Shown: positions 1 to 12,298 of the stretch, piece after piece | Numbering within the stretch: position 1 is the stretch's first letter | Layout: each line of letters opens with the position of its first letter | NCBI GenBank assembly: GCA_043228905.1 | Contig: JBHGNT010000013.1 | Span: 18,228,001 to 18,292,000, forward strand | Length of the DNA: 64,000 bases | Direction: 5' to 3' | Source of the DNA: Azolla caroliniana | Taxonomy: Eukaryota; Plantae; Polypodiophyta | Notes under the pieces: model-generated | Seen by the model: only the letters and a program-made list of their open reading frames with translations | Databases searched by the model: none | What the model was told of the DNA's origin: nothing | Program-made: the position numbers and the translations under genes

Positions 1-245
1 AGCCTTCCGACGTGATGATCCTATGAGGGTAGCTAAGCCTCATATTTATACCTTTTCCTAGGCCCCTTGAATAGATGTGCCTTTCTAAAAGGCTCTCTAT
101 TCATTGGTTGTCTAAATCATGATAGTGCATGCACATATCATTCATTCTATCCAATCATTAGTCCCCTTTTTAATAATAGTGAACATACCCTTCACTAATG
201 TAAATATTAGTGACCTACCCTCACCAACGTTATGTGTACATAACA
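1..245 (-). mobile_element. Probable end of an LTR (element continues left of the window) inserted into the Copia pol
   Basis: Non-coding stretch ending ...cataACA at 245, directly before Copia integrase-RT linker sequence. TATAAATA on the minus strand near 43-50. Partner LTR and TSD not visible. Confidence 0.4.
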
Positions 246-420
246 GTGCCGGTTGCCGGAAACCAAGGACACAGATATCCTCTCAGAGAGAGAATCCCCC
301 CCCCAGAGATTTCCGGATCTAGAGCATGTACTGCTAACTGATGAGGAGGAGCCGGAAAGTTTCAAAGAAGCTAAGAGAGACACCCACAACCGCAAGTGGT
401 TGAGTGCCATGTAGGACGAG

Positions 421-1642
421 ATGGATTCCCTGCATGAGAACCACGCGTATGAATTGGTGGAGTTGCCGAAAGGAAAGAGGGCACTCCGAAACAAGTGGGT
501 GTACAAGATGAAACTGGGAGATGCCGGCAAACCCCCGAGATACAAAGCCAAGATTGTGGTGAAGGGGTTCCAGCAGAAGAAGGGCGTGGACTTCGACGAG
601 ATATTTGCCTCGGTAGTAAAGATGACTTCCATCCGGACGGTATTGAGCATAGCGGCAAGCATGGATCTCGAGGTAGAGCAGTTAGACTTGAAGACGTCGT
701 TCCTTCACGGTGACCTTGAAGAGGAGATCTACATGCAACACCTGGTTTGCCGGTTGAAGAAGAGCTTATACGAACTAAAGCAGGTTCCCCGGCAATGGTA
801 CCAGAAGTTCGACTCCTTCATGACGGATCAAGGATACTACACAGGCCGATCACTTCGTCTTTGTGAAGAAGTTTGAAGGTGGAGACTTCCTGATACTCCT
901 CTTGTACGTGGACGACATGTTGATCGTCGGACGAGACCAAGTCAAGATACAAACGCTGAAGAAGGCTCTGAACTGGACCTTTTCAATGAAAGACTTGGGT
1001 TCGGCAAGACAGATATTGGGGATGCATATCATCCAGGACCGGTCAAAGAAGCAATTGTGGCTGTCACAGGAGAAGTACATGACAAAGGTGCTTCAGCAGT
1101 TCAACATGTTAGATGCGAAACTGGTCGGATTGACACTCCCCCGCAAACTGCAGGTTATCCGGTAAGCAAAGACCGAAGAAGAAGGCAGAGAAGGCGGATA
1201 TGATGAAGATACCATATGGGGACCATATGCCTCTGCCATCGGGAGCTTAATGTACGCAATGGTGTGTACCCGACCGGATATCGGATACGCAATCGGAGTG
1301 GTGAGCCGGTTTATGAGCAATCCCAACGGTAAAATAGATACGCCCGTACTTGAAAGGCACCTCAAGTATGTGTCTCCGATTCGGCTCCGTAAACCCCAAC
1401 TTGGTGGTTTCACCGATTCGGATATGTTAGTTGATGCAGATACCAGCCGGTCAACATCGGGATATGTTATGACATATGCAGGGGGAGCTGTTTCGTGGTA
1501 GTCGAGGCTGCAAAAGACGGTTGCGTTGTCAAACACGGAGGCGGAGTACATGGCGGTTGTGGAAGCCGGCAAGGAAATACTATGGATGAAGGACTTCATC
1601 GAAGAGTTAGGGATCCAGCAAGAGGAATACCGGCTCTATTGC
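421..1642 (+). pseudogene. Copia reverse transcriptase/RNase H, frameshifted
   Basis: ORFs 421-876, 863-1165 and 1250-1501 carry consecutive Copia RT motifs in different frames. Confidence 0.92.
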
Positions 1643-2110
1643 TGTTACCGATTAGGAACACGGTCTACGGTCAGTCCTTCGACCTAGACCTCAAGGTGAC
1701 TGTGTTGCAACGAATGGTACGTCGTAGCGTAATACTTAGTGGGATACCGCCCGTAACCTAGTAGCATATAAGGGAGACGGCTACAACCGACCTCCTTAGA
1801 CAATGCACTAGCAACCACACTGTTACTCACACCTACACTCTTACGACTATGCTATGCCACCAAGACTCACAGACACACAGTAGATTAACAACAGATGCGG
1901 ACAGAGATTAGAGAAGATAGAACTCTATTAAGATACGCCTTTCACATTTAAAATTACACGCTACCTCTATTAGAGGATTTTTGCCCTTTATATATGTAGG
2001 GTCTTTTAGCCGTTCATGCTTCCCCCGTGAACCATTTACATGCATTACAATATTACTATATTCTATATTTCTGCGCTCTTGTCTGTCGGTTACTATTCCG
2101 GCGGACAACA
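1643..2110 (-). repeat. 3' LTR of the outer Gypsy
   Basis: TG...CA termini, direct repeat of 43632-44099, minus-strand TATATAAAGGG near 1985-1997. Confidence 0.93.
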
Positions 2111-3994
2111 CCTGGCATGGCTGTGGGACAGTGCCATGGAACGTCGGACCCACCCCTTTAATCTTCCTGCAAAACGGCCCTGATGTTTGGTTTTGCTCCG
2201 GTGTCCGGGTCCAAGGACGACGTAGGGCCCGTAGGCGCGTCGTTGTGTGGTTCCCCTACTTGCTCGGGAGGGCTTCCCATGGTGTCATTGGCTTCTTGTG
2301 TGGGTGGTCCGGGTTCTGCTGGCTCTTCTATCGCGATGGATTCCTCGTTTGTTCGCGTGCTGCCGGCTTGCATGATCTGGTGAAACAGGTCCTCCTGACT
2401 GTCGCCAAAATCATCTAGTAGCTGCGCGAGTTCCTCGGAATCTTCGTTCGCTAGTGTGCGATAGTCTTGCGCTAGGTCCTTGCGTACTGCCGCAATGCTT
2501 TCCTCATTGAGTTTGTAGAACCCTCGGCCGTCTTTCCTTCGGTTCTTCTCGTCGGCCCCGTACGTATGCAATTCCGCTGGTTGTGCGGCGCACGCCATCC
2601 ATCCTTTGTCTAGCGCTGATTTTAATTGCGTCGTAAACCTCTCCCGATTCTTTTGTAGAAGTATGCGCACATTGTCTGTTATTTCTTGGCAACGGTTGCG
2701 TGCTTCTTCTATGGATTTCTTGAGGTTTTCGATTTCTTGTTTACTAACCGCCACCGCTTCCTCATAAGTGCTCCTCATTCCTGCCAATAGCTGAGATTCC
2801 TTCGAATGTAGTTCTTCCAGCTTTCCCATTTCATTCTTCAGGCGGATTTCTAGCTGATGCCTCTTCTCTTGTTCTCCAACCAGCTGCTTGTCGAACCATG
2901 CTTTCTTTTTGTCTAATAACGCCCGGAGTCCCATAATTGCCACTTCTGATTTTTTCGCTTCCTCGCGTAGTTTGGCGTTTTCTTCTTTCGTGCGGGTGTG
3001 TTGTGCTGCCTCTGCTGCGAGTTTCTCTTCAAGTGTTTTTACTGCCTTTCCGTTGTTGGCCCGGATGTCCTTCTCTCTGTTTGAGGACTGGTGAAGTTCG
3101 GAGCGGAGACGGTCAATCTCTGATTCCGCCAGTTGCACGACCCATTTTGCTTTCGAGGCAATGGCGGTCTAGGCTTCAATTTCTTCTCTCATGGCCTCAG
3201 CGGCGTTGGCCGTTGGTTGAGCTGCCTGTTGCACCGTAGTCGCGTTACACTCCAACTCCGCGATGCGTGCATTGACCTTTTGTAGCTTGGCTTGGGTCAG
3301 TTTGACAGTCTTCCAGACATTTTTATTTTTAATCGCCATATCCTTGGCACCCATACTGACCTTCGCCAGTTCCCGATGAACTTCGCCAAGGGCCCGCATT
3401 TAATGAGGGTAGTTCCATCCCCATTTGGCATATACCGGTGTTCCTCTGTCTGCTGACTCTGGCTAACAGATCCTCATGGGCCGTGTTCGGAATGTCTGGA
3501 TATGCCAGGACCTCGCTTTCCGCCGTAAATACGCCTTTCCCCCGCTGCAACTGGGCCGTAATGATTGGCCGTGGTTCCTGGATTATTTCAAAGGTGGTGT
3601 TGGGCTCCGTAGCCACGGGGCTGTTGACCACAGTCGCCATCTTTGTGGCTGCAACTGTGTCTTTAACTAATCTGTGCCCATCTTTCCTGTCCAGTCTCCG
3701 CCGTTTCGGCCTCGGGCTTTCCTGTCGTGGTTCGACTTTTGGCTCCTATGCCGCTTCCTCGGTGCGCTCAACCTGCTCTTCCTGTGTTGTTCGCGTGTTA
3801 GGCTAGGCGGATTGGGGTTCATCCTGTCGAATACATGTGTATAATGGACGTATTCATACTATCCCGTTTTTGGCCATTTATGTAATTAGCATAAAGGGTA
3901 GTTGCCCTAAGTCGGTCACTATATATAGTGACCTTGCAACCTTTTTGTAAGGTTGGTTGTTGTATTGTCTCTTTGTGAAATAAGAAGGTCTTTT

Positions 3995-4030
<36 letters not shown>

Positions 4031-4115
4031 ACGACCTACAATCTGTCATACGCAGGTATTCAGCAAGACTCGAATGCTCCTTGATCTTCCGCACTGACGA
4101 CTCGTCTTCAACATC

Positions 4116-4127
4116 TGGTATCAGAGC
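4116..4127 (+). promoter_or_regulatory. Primer-binding site, tRNA-iMet
   Basis: TGGTATCAGAGC two bases after the LTR end. Confidence 0.95.
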
Positions 4128-4781
4128 TTGCACAACATTCGGTCCTTCAATCCGCTGTCGGCCGTCGTCACCGCCTGCACAGCATTCGGTTCTTCACTTC
4201 ATCACGGCCTGCACAGTATTCGCGTCATTCGAAGAAAGAGAGAAGAAGAGCAAAAACGAGGTTTGCACCTCATCGCGTTAGATCCTCTTGCTTGGAGTAA
4301 GCCATCAGGTTGTACTCTGTTCCTTGTGATCGTAACCGCTCGAGGTGAAATCCCCTTGTGCATCATTGACACGATCGTGCTCCATTCGGTTAAACGGCAT
4401 CCGAAAAGGTCATTAAACGCTGCTCGCTGCTCGTTGTAACCACTCGGTGCAGATTGGTCTCAAGACAACAACCCCAATTCGCGCTTCATCCGGCTGATCG
4501 ACATTCGAGAGGATCAGTTGGATCTGTCTCTCTCGTCGTTGCAGCCACCCGAAGCAGAATCGGTCCAGATAATCGGTTTCAATAATCGGTATTCGGCAAC
4601 ATTCGGGAAGACCAGTCGGTTCTGTCCCTCAAGCTACCGAAGTCAATTCGAGCAAGTTCCGAAGCCGAACCGACTCGGGTTCAAATCCAACTAGAACGAT
4701 ATCGGGTGAGCCAACCGGCTGCACCCCAACAAGGTTCGAAGTCAACTCCGAACCGAGCTTCGTCAACCGAAACCGAATTTG

Positions 4782-7700
4782 ATGGCATCAACATCCGGCT
4801 CGTCAGAAATGAGTCTACGAAAGTTCGATGGATCGAACTTCAACTTCTGGAAGGAGCAAATGCAGGACTATCTCATAGTCAAGGGGCAAATCGATCCCAT
4901 CGAAAATGAAGAACCTCCAGAAGGATACAAACCAATTGAGTGGCAGAAGCTGGACAGAATTGTCCGCGCCACGATTCGGATGCACCTATCGGAATCGGTA
5001 TACTTTACGGTGCAATCGTGTACGACAGCATTCGAACTGTGGAAAACACTGTCGGACACTTACGAAAAGAAGGTCGCCGCAACGAAGATGTTTCTGATCC
5101 GGCGCCTCTACAACTTGCGGATGAAAGAATCCGATTCGGTTCAAGCACACCTCAATGAGTACGAAAGCATAAGCTCCCAAATCTCGTCACAGGGGACGGC
5201 AATCGAGGATGAACTCAGAGCAATGATACTCATGAGCAGCCTTCCCTCATCATGGGAAACTTTCGTCACAACCGTGTGCAACGCGTCAACCACGGCTGTT
5301 AAATACTCCGAAGTCACGAGCGCAATCCTGACCGAAGCAGCTCGGAGAAAGTCTTTCGCCAAAGACTCAACAGACAACGCTTACGTAGTACAAGGTTCGA
5401 CAGACCGATCGAATATACGAGGAAGAGATTCCTCACGGCCGCCGAACAATCAGCGAAGACGGAGCCAGTCACGGGATAACCGAATCTGCAACTATTGCAA
5501 GAAACCCGGACACATCAAAGCCGACTGCCGCGCACTCAAGAACAAGAACAACAAGAAGAGTGGCCGGCATGAGGAGCTCAATTACGTCAGCTTCTCAGCT
5601 GATGTACTACCGGACGACCCGAATATACTATCAATCGAAAATCCAGTCGGATCAGAAGTTCTACTCACGACTGAAGAATCGAGCACATGGCTCTTAGATT
5701 CGGGCGCGTCATTTCACGTGACTCCTCATTGATCCCAATTTCGGCAATATACGATCCGTCACTCCGACTCAGTTCGAGTCGGTAACTCGCAACACTGTGA
5801 CATCATCGGAATCGGCACAGTAGAGCTCAACCTTGCAGGTGGCTCTACACTTGTACTCCACAATGTCCGACATGTACCCGAGCTCTCAAGGCCATTGATC
5901 TCAGTCGGACAACTAGATGAAGACGGCATTCGTGCCGGTTTTTCTTCGGGAGGGTGGACACTCCACAGGGGGAACCTCCTGCTTGCTAGAGGACCCAAGA
6001 TACACTCCCTGTATCCGCTACATGTTACGCTCAGAGAGGGTAACCTGTTTTTGGTGGATATTCCTGTGTCATCATTATGGCACCGAAGATTAGGACACCT
6101 CAGCAAGGCCGGCATCACGCACCTATCTAGAGCCGGATACATCCCCAAACTCTCCTTCTCGGACCATCAATTCTGCGAGCATTGCCAGTATGGCAAACAA
6201 GCAGCCGCATCACACCCGACATCAGCACCCAGAGAAACGAGACCTCTTGATTTGGTCCACTCGGACGTCTGTGGCCCAATGCCGCATCAGTCTCTCGGCG
6301 GTGCCTCTTACTTCGTCACTTTTATTGACGATTCGACTCGAAAGGTGTGGGCTTATCCAATTCGCACCAAAGACCGGGTCTTCTCGATCTTCACCGATTG
6401 GCTCGCTATGGTAGAAAATCAAACCGACCGAAAGCTGAAATGCTTTCGGACAGACAATGGGGGAGAGTTCAAATCAGAAGAATTCGTCAAATTCTGCCGA
6501 CAACGCGGCATCCGACGTGAATTTACGGCACCACACAGCCCGGAGCAAAACGGGATTGCCGAACGCATGAATCGGACAATCCAAGAACGGATAGTTTCCA
6601 TGCTTCAACACTCCGGACTGTCGGATGGCTTCTGGGCAGAGGCTCTACTCACGGCAGTACACATAATCAATATGTCGCCAAGTAGACCTCTAGGACTTCA
6701 AATTCCTTAGGAACTATGGATCGGCAGTAAGCCGAATTACGACAAGCTGAGGATCTTCGGATGCGAGGCGTACGCCCTTATTCCGAAAGATGATCGCCGA
6801 AAACTTGCACCTCGGTCCAGGAAATGCATTTTCCTTGGATATGGATCCGACGGCGAAATGGGATACCGACTCTGGGACCCCGAACGCAGACAAATCGTTC
6901 GAAGTTCGGACGTTGTGTTCAACGAGTCGGCTATGAATCCATCAGTCGAAAAACCGATCGAAGTCCGAAGGGTAACATTCTCCGATGTGCCGACCCTTCA
7001 AGAAGGCCCTGCTCTCAACACACGGTCAGCTTCACGGGTAGCTGAACCTTACACTACCGACTCGGACAACTCCGACTCGGCACAGCAGAACAATCCGCTT
7101 TCGGACCATCCGACCTCGATACCTGATGCGACCAGTCCAATCATACCTCGACGATCCGAGAGACTGTCGCAACCTCCGGAGAGGTATTCTCCTGGAATTT
7201 TCTTCACCGACGCCGGCGAACCGACGTCTTACGAAGAAGCATCGACATCTGTCGATTCCGCCACCTGGCATCTGGCGATGGAGTCGGAAATGCACTCCAT
7301 TGGGGCAAACAAGACCTGGGATCTGGTCGAATTACCTAGGAACCGACGTGCTCTTCCTTGCAAGTGGGTCTATCGACTCAAAGAGACGTCTGATTCGACC
7401 ACCCCAAAGTACAAGGCCAGATTAGTTGCGAAGGGCTTCCGACAAGAATATGGCGTCGACTTCGACGAGATTTTTTCACCAGTGGTGAAAATGACAACCC
7501 TTCGTTTTCTACTCGGCGTAGTGGCAGCCGACAACTTGGAGCTGATTCAGCTAGATGTCAAAACAGCCTTCCTCCATGGTGATCTCGAGGAGGAAATCTA
7601 TATGGAGCAGCCAAAAGGCTTCGTGGCAACTGGCCAAGAACATCTAGTCTGCCGACTCAGGAAGAGTCTATACGGCCTCAAACAGGCACCACGACAATGG

Positions 7701-8795
7701 TACAAGAAGTTCGACGACTTCATCCAATCGATCGGCTTCTCCAAAAGCGATGAGGACCATTGTCTCTTCACCAACACAGCTCAAGATGGATCACCCATCT
7801 TCCTCATCATTTACGTGGACGACATGCTAATTTCTGGGCGCCACGCGGGCGAACTTGCCGATCTCATTCGGCAACTGCGGTTGAAGTTTGCCATGAAGGA
7901 CCTCGGTCCGGCACGACACATACTCGGCATGAAGATTAGTCGGCATCGCGATAAACGACATCTTTTTCTGTCTCAGACCGACTATATCCGACGTGTCTTA
8001 GAACGCTTCAACATGCAATCAGCCAAATCTGCTTCAACCCCGCTCCCTATGAATCTTCGGCTCTCTCAGCGAGACTGCCCGACATCCGGTCCGGAGGGGG
8101 CAGATATGAAGTCGGTACCGTATGCACCGGCAGTCGGCTCCCTTATGTACCTGATGGTCGCGACACGGCCTGATATCTCTCATGCCGTAGGAGTCGTTAG
8201 CAGATTTATGCACAATCCTGGCCGATCGCATTGGAACGCAGTCAAGCATGTGTTCAGATATCTGGCTGGCACAAAAGACCACGGCATTCTTTTCGGTCCG
8301 AACCGAACCTCAGGCGTAGTCGGTTACACCGACTCGGACTTCGCCGGCTATATAGACAGTCGGAAATCAACAACCGGATACTGCTTCAAATTCGGCAATG
8401 GAGCAATCTCGTGGAAGTCGAAACTTCAGGAGTGCACAGCGACCTCAACGACCGAAGCAGAATATGTAGCTGCGTCCGACGCAGCAAAAGAAGCTTTGTG
8501 GCTCGGTCGGCTGGCGCACACGTTTCGACAAGTCGACCATGACTCGGCTCCAGTTGTCTACAGCGACAGTCAAGGTGCTGTTGCCTTGTCGAAAAATCCG
8601 GTTCACCACAACGCCTCCAAACATATCGACGTTCGATATCACTTCGTTCGGGACTGCGTCATCTCAGGGAAAATCGGTCTAGAGAAAATATCCACAACCG
8701 ACAATGTCGCAGATGGAATGACCAAGTGTCTTTCGGCAGACCGTTTTCGGTCTCTTCGGCATCAGATGGGCGTAACGACAAACCAGTCCGGTTAG
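4782..8795 (+). pseudogene. Copia A gag-pol with two in-frame stops
   Basis: Zn knuckle CNYCKKPGHIKADC, protease WLLDSGAS, integrase HSDVCGP/TDNGGEF, RT YVDDML, RNase H. TGA at 5730-5732 and TAG at 6708-6710, where copy B has CGA and CAG. Confidence 0.95.
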
Positions 8796-9161
8796 ACTCG
8801 GACACAGAGCAGGATGGTTCCCGACAACCGACATCAGTTCCTTAATGATCGGCTTCAACTGTCCCGACCCGACCAGTTCGGTCTTCTGCCTTCGGACCCT
8901 GCCGACTCGAACAAAGCTGATATGTCCGAGAACCTAAGTCTATACCTGTAATCTTAGATAACCCATGTATACGCCCATTACGGGGGAGTGTCGAATACAT
9001 GTGTATAATGGACGTATTCATACTATCCCGTTTTTGGCCATTTATGTAATTAGCATAAAGGGTAGTTGCCCTAAGTCGGTCACTATATATAGTGACCTTG
9101 CAACCTTTTTGTAAGGTTGGTTGTTGTATTGTCTCTTTGTGAAATAAGAAGGTCTTTTGTG

Positions 9162-9192
<31 letters not shown>

Positions 9193-11039
9193 ACGACCTA
9201 CAATCTGTCATACGCAGGTATTCAGCAAGACTCGAATGCTCCTTGATCTTCCGCACTGACGACTCGTCTTCAACACATCCTCCCACTCTGTGGTGGCTAA
9301 CTCCGCTAACCTTCGCTTCGCGGATCGTGGCGGCGGCATGGGTTTCCTGGGCTGCGGTGCCGGCAGACCTCGGGGTGGAAATAATATCGTCAGATACTGT
9401 TGTATGATAGGCCTGAGCTTTTTGCTTCCTTGATACGCGTGCAGGCCTTCCCGTAATGCTGGCCCCGTAATGACCCCCCAATCGACCGTACACCCTTCAA
9501 AGGTATCAATGATGATACCTGCCTTCTGCTTGGGCATCACATATGCGTTTACGTGTACGCATCCGACCTCCAACAAGAATGTGGTGATTTCGTTGAAAAA
9601 GGGGTATGGGATCTCATTCGTTCTATATGCCTTGGCGGATGAAGAATATGGACCGAAATATCTCTACAAAGATTCCGCAGGAGGAATTTCGAAGTGCCTT
9701 TCACTCAGTGATGATAGGTCAAGCTTTTTTTGGATGGATGTGTTGGTGACCATGTCGATATTGACCTTCCTAGCGATGTCCAGGGCTTCAGGGTGGGGAG
9801 GTGCCTCGGCGACTCTGATGTATCCATCCAAGCGTTTCTCCACGAGTCATTGACGCAAGGCGGCAGAAATGGGTATCGGCATAGTCGGATTCAGCTCGTG
9901 GCTAATGGGTGAGGATTGCTGGCTATGGCGAACTTGGGCTCTGTAATAGGATGGAGAAGCAGGGGAGGAAGGGGAGCGATGAGAGCGATGAGAGTTAGAA
10001 GGTCGGTTTCTGTATTGTGCAGAAAACCTTCTATTTCCTTCTTTTTGTGCCCTAGGGTTCATTGGTCGGTGAGCTATCGTGGTGCCGCGTGTTCTTGGCC
10101 TAGAAGTTTGTGCATGTCGTAAGTCCTTTTAATAGCATCGCTATCTTCTTCTTCTTCTTCTTCTTCTTCTTCTTTTTTCGTAATGGTTACATACACTATT
10201 ATCTTTACACAATAGTACAAATGGGGCCCTATACTTAGTCCGCGGTGTCGTGAAGATTTCGGGCCACAGTGAGAAATCGGAGAATGTTGGAAGGATTGGC
10301 AAGGTGCACCATGTGCACCCACCCTTGTACAAAATTAGCATAGGGGCTAGGGGGGGTGCCTTTGTGGCGCCGGATAGGCAATAAAGTTGGGACAGAGGAT
10401 CCATGTAATAAGGGATTTATCCCACTTTGTAACGTTCCTCCCTCCCTGGGCTATAAAAGGAAGGGAGGGGTCTCTTGTAAAGGGTTGCCCATTTTGAGTT
10501 AGGAAGGGTATACCACTTAGGTCTAGGGTTTGGTAATTTTCTTGGTCTTCATCTTATTCTTAGGGTTTCTACTTTGGTCATTCTACCTATTTCGTTTAGG
10601 GTTTCATTTTGGGTTTTCTTCTTCTTTGTCTTATGGGGTTTGATTCCTGCTTCTTGAGTGGAGGTTTAGTACTTCGTCTCGTTCTTCATCTTATGAGAGA
10701 TCATGGGGGATTTAGGGTTTCGGGTTTCTTTATGTGATCTAGGTTTCATAAGCTTGGGGTTTTGGGTTTACCTTCTTCTTGGTCGAGTTAGTGTTTTGGT
10801 TTGGGGTTTCTACAACAACGGCTCTTCGGCATTCCGGTGGCGGCACTGGGAGGTTCGGTTTCCTATCCTCGATGGAGACCGTTTCGCATGGCGGCCGGTT
10901 CGAGAAGGGAGGGCGAAGTAGCACAGGAACTCTCTGTTGGGAGATAGGTCCCTCCGGATGGGAAGGGAGAAGAACAGTGCTGATGAGCAAACTCGGCCGA
11001 GACCGAAACCGGATGAGGAGTACCCGACTTCAGAGAGCT

Positions 11040-11064
11040 GGGTGAAAGCATGCGAGTGGAAACA
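11040..11064 (+). repeat. Left terminal inverted repeat
   Basis: gggtgaaagcatgcgagtggaaaca. Confidence 0.92.
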
Positions 11065-11392
11065 ATTAGCTATGTCCTTGACATAGGTAATTAGCTATGC
11101 AAAAAGCTACCATTGATAAATAGTCATTTTAGTAAAAAGCCATCATTAATAAATTAAGTATGCAAAAAACTACCATTGAAAATACTAGAGTGTTTTAATT
11201 ACATATGTAAATGAGTGCCATAAATGTGCAACATAAATTGATGTGTGCACCATAAATGTCTACCATAAATTATATATCGAATTCCTAGGTCCATTATGCA
11301 TGATCCTTTGCCACATCACGTAGGCCATCTCTAGTTGAGTATTGTGGGTTAGTTGCTACCACTGTTGCTAAACCCTATCGAGTCCACCTGCC

Positions 11393-12075
11393 GCCACTCT
11401 ACACTGAGGGGCCGCTACTGTGCGTTCCAAGCATCATCAAAGAGCTGCTCAATCTGACGGGGTTCTCTTCTCTGTGACACTCTACACTCAGGGGCCACTA
11501 CTGTGCATTCCAAGCATCATCAAAGAGCTGTTCAATCTGACGGGGTTCTCTTCTCTGTGCCACTCTACACTCAGGGGCCATTACTGTGCGTTCCAAGCAT
11601 CATCAAAGAGTTGTTCAATCTGACGGGGTTCTCTTCTCTGTGCCACTCTACACTCAGGGGCCGCTGCTGTGCGTTCCAAGCATCATCAAAGAGCTGTTCA
11701 ATCTGACGGGGTTCTCTTCTCTTTGCCACTCTACACTCAGGGACTGCTACTGTGCGTTCCAAGCATAATCAAAGAGCAATTCAATCTGACGGGGTTCTCT
11801 TCTCTTTTCCACTCTCACTCAGGGGCCGCTACTGTGCGTTTCAAGTATCATTGGTAACTGTTCAATCTGACGGGGTTCTCTTCTCTGTGCCACTCTACTC
11901 TCAGGTGCCTTCTATGTGCGTTCCAAGCATCATCGGTAACTATTCAATCTGACGGGGTTCTCTCCTCCATTGCCATCATTCTATACTCAGTTGCCGCTAC
12001 TGTCAAGTCCCAGATTGCTTCCACATTTCGATTTGACGGAGTTCACTCATCCAACGGCAACATTCTACACTCAGT
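11393..12075 (+). repeat. 83-bp tandem repeat, about 7-8 copies decaying 3', upstream of the transposase
   Basis: Unit ccactctacactcaggggccgctactgtgcgttccaagcatcatcaaagagctgttcaatctgacggggttctcttctctgtg. Spurious ORFs start every 83 nt (11420, 11503, 11586, 11669, 11752). Confidence 0.95.
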
Positions 12076-12298
12076 TGTTGCCATTGGTCGGTCTTGGATC
12101 GCCTCCTCAACTGTTGGATCCAACGGAGTGAAATCCTCTACTGTTCGGTCTTGGATTGCAATAACTTTTCTGTCTATTGATTATCTTGTGTATTGTTGTG
12201 TCTAATCTTGTGTATTGTGTGGAATATTTTTGTGTATTGTTGTTGTCCATAGCCATCTTTAATACTTGTTTTTTTTTCTGGAAATTTAGGGTTTTAAC

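Larger units (their letters stand above)
3825..9275 (+). mobile_element. Full-length Ty1/Copia element A
   Basis: LTRs 3825-4113 and 8989-9275, TSD CATCC (3820-3824 and 9276-9280), PBS tggtatcagagc 4116-4127, PPT ending 8988. Confidence 0.97.
2158..10062 (-). pseudogene. Extra (env-position) ORF of the outer Gypsy, about 800 codons with a long C-terminal coiled coil, interrupted by Copia A
   Basis: Fragments 9847-10062, 9276-9576, 3329-3640, 3169-3399 and 2158-3138. Removing Copia A and one CATCC restores TTEWED|EPQSA in frame. Several stops and frameshifts. Confidence 0.75.

Noticed and set aside
10404-10934. Additional solo LTR spanning 10404/10428 to ~31502 (TATAAAAGG at 10453, ...ttgtaACA)
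   Set aside because: LTR-like in composition, but I found no matching TSD. It may simply be the Gypsy pol/extra-ORF spacer.
11036-11039. TIR extending over AGCT with a 2-bp or no TSD
   Set aside because: Formally ambiguous because AGCT is palindromic. GGG termini with a 4-bp TSD fit the Sola2-type transposase best.
11393-12075. CRISPR-like array or short repeated ORFs
   Set aside because: Head-to-tail 83-bp units without unique spacers in eukaryotic context. The ORFs are by-products of the repeat.
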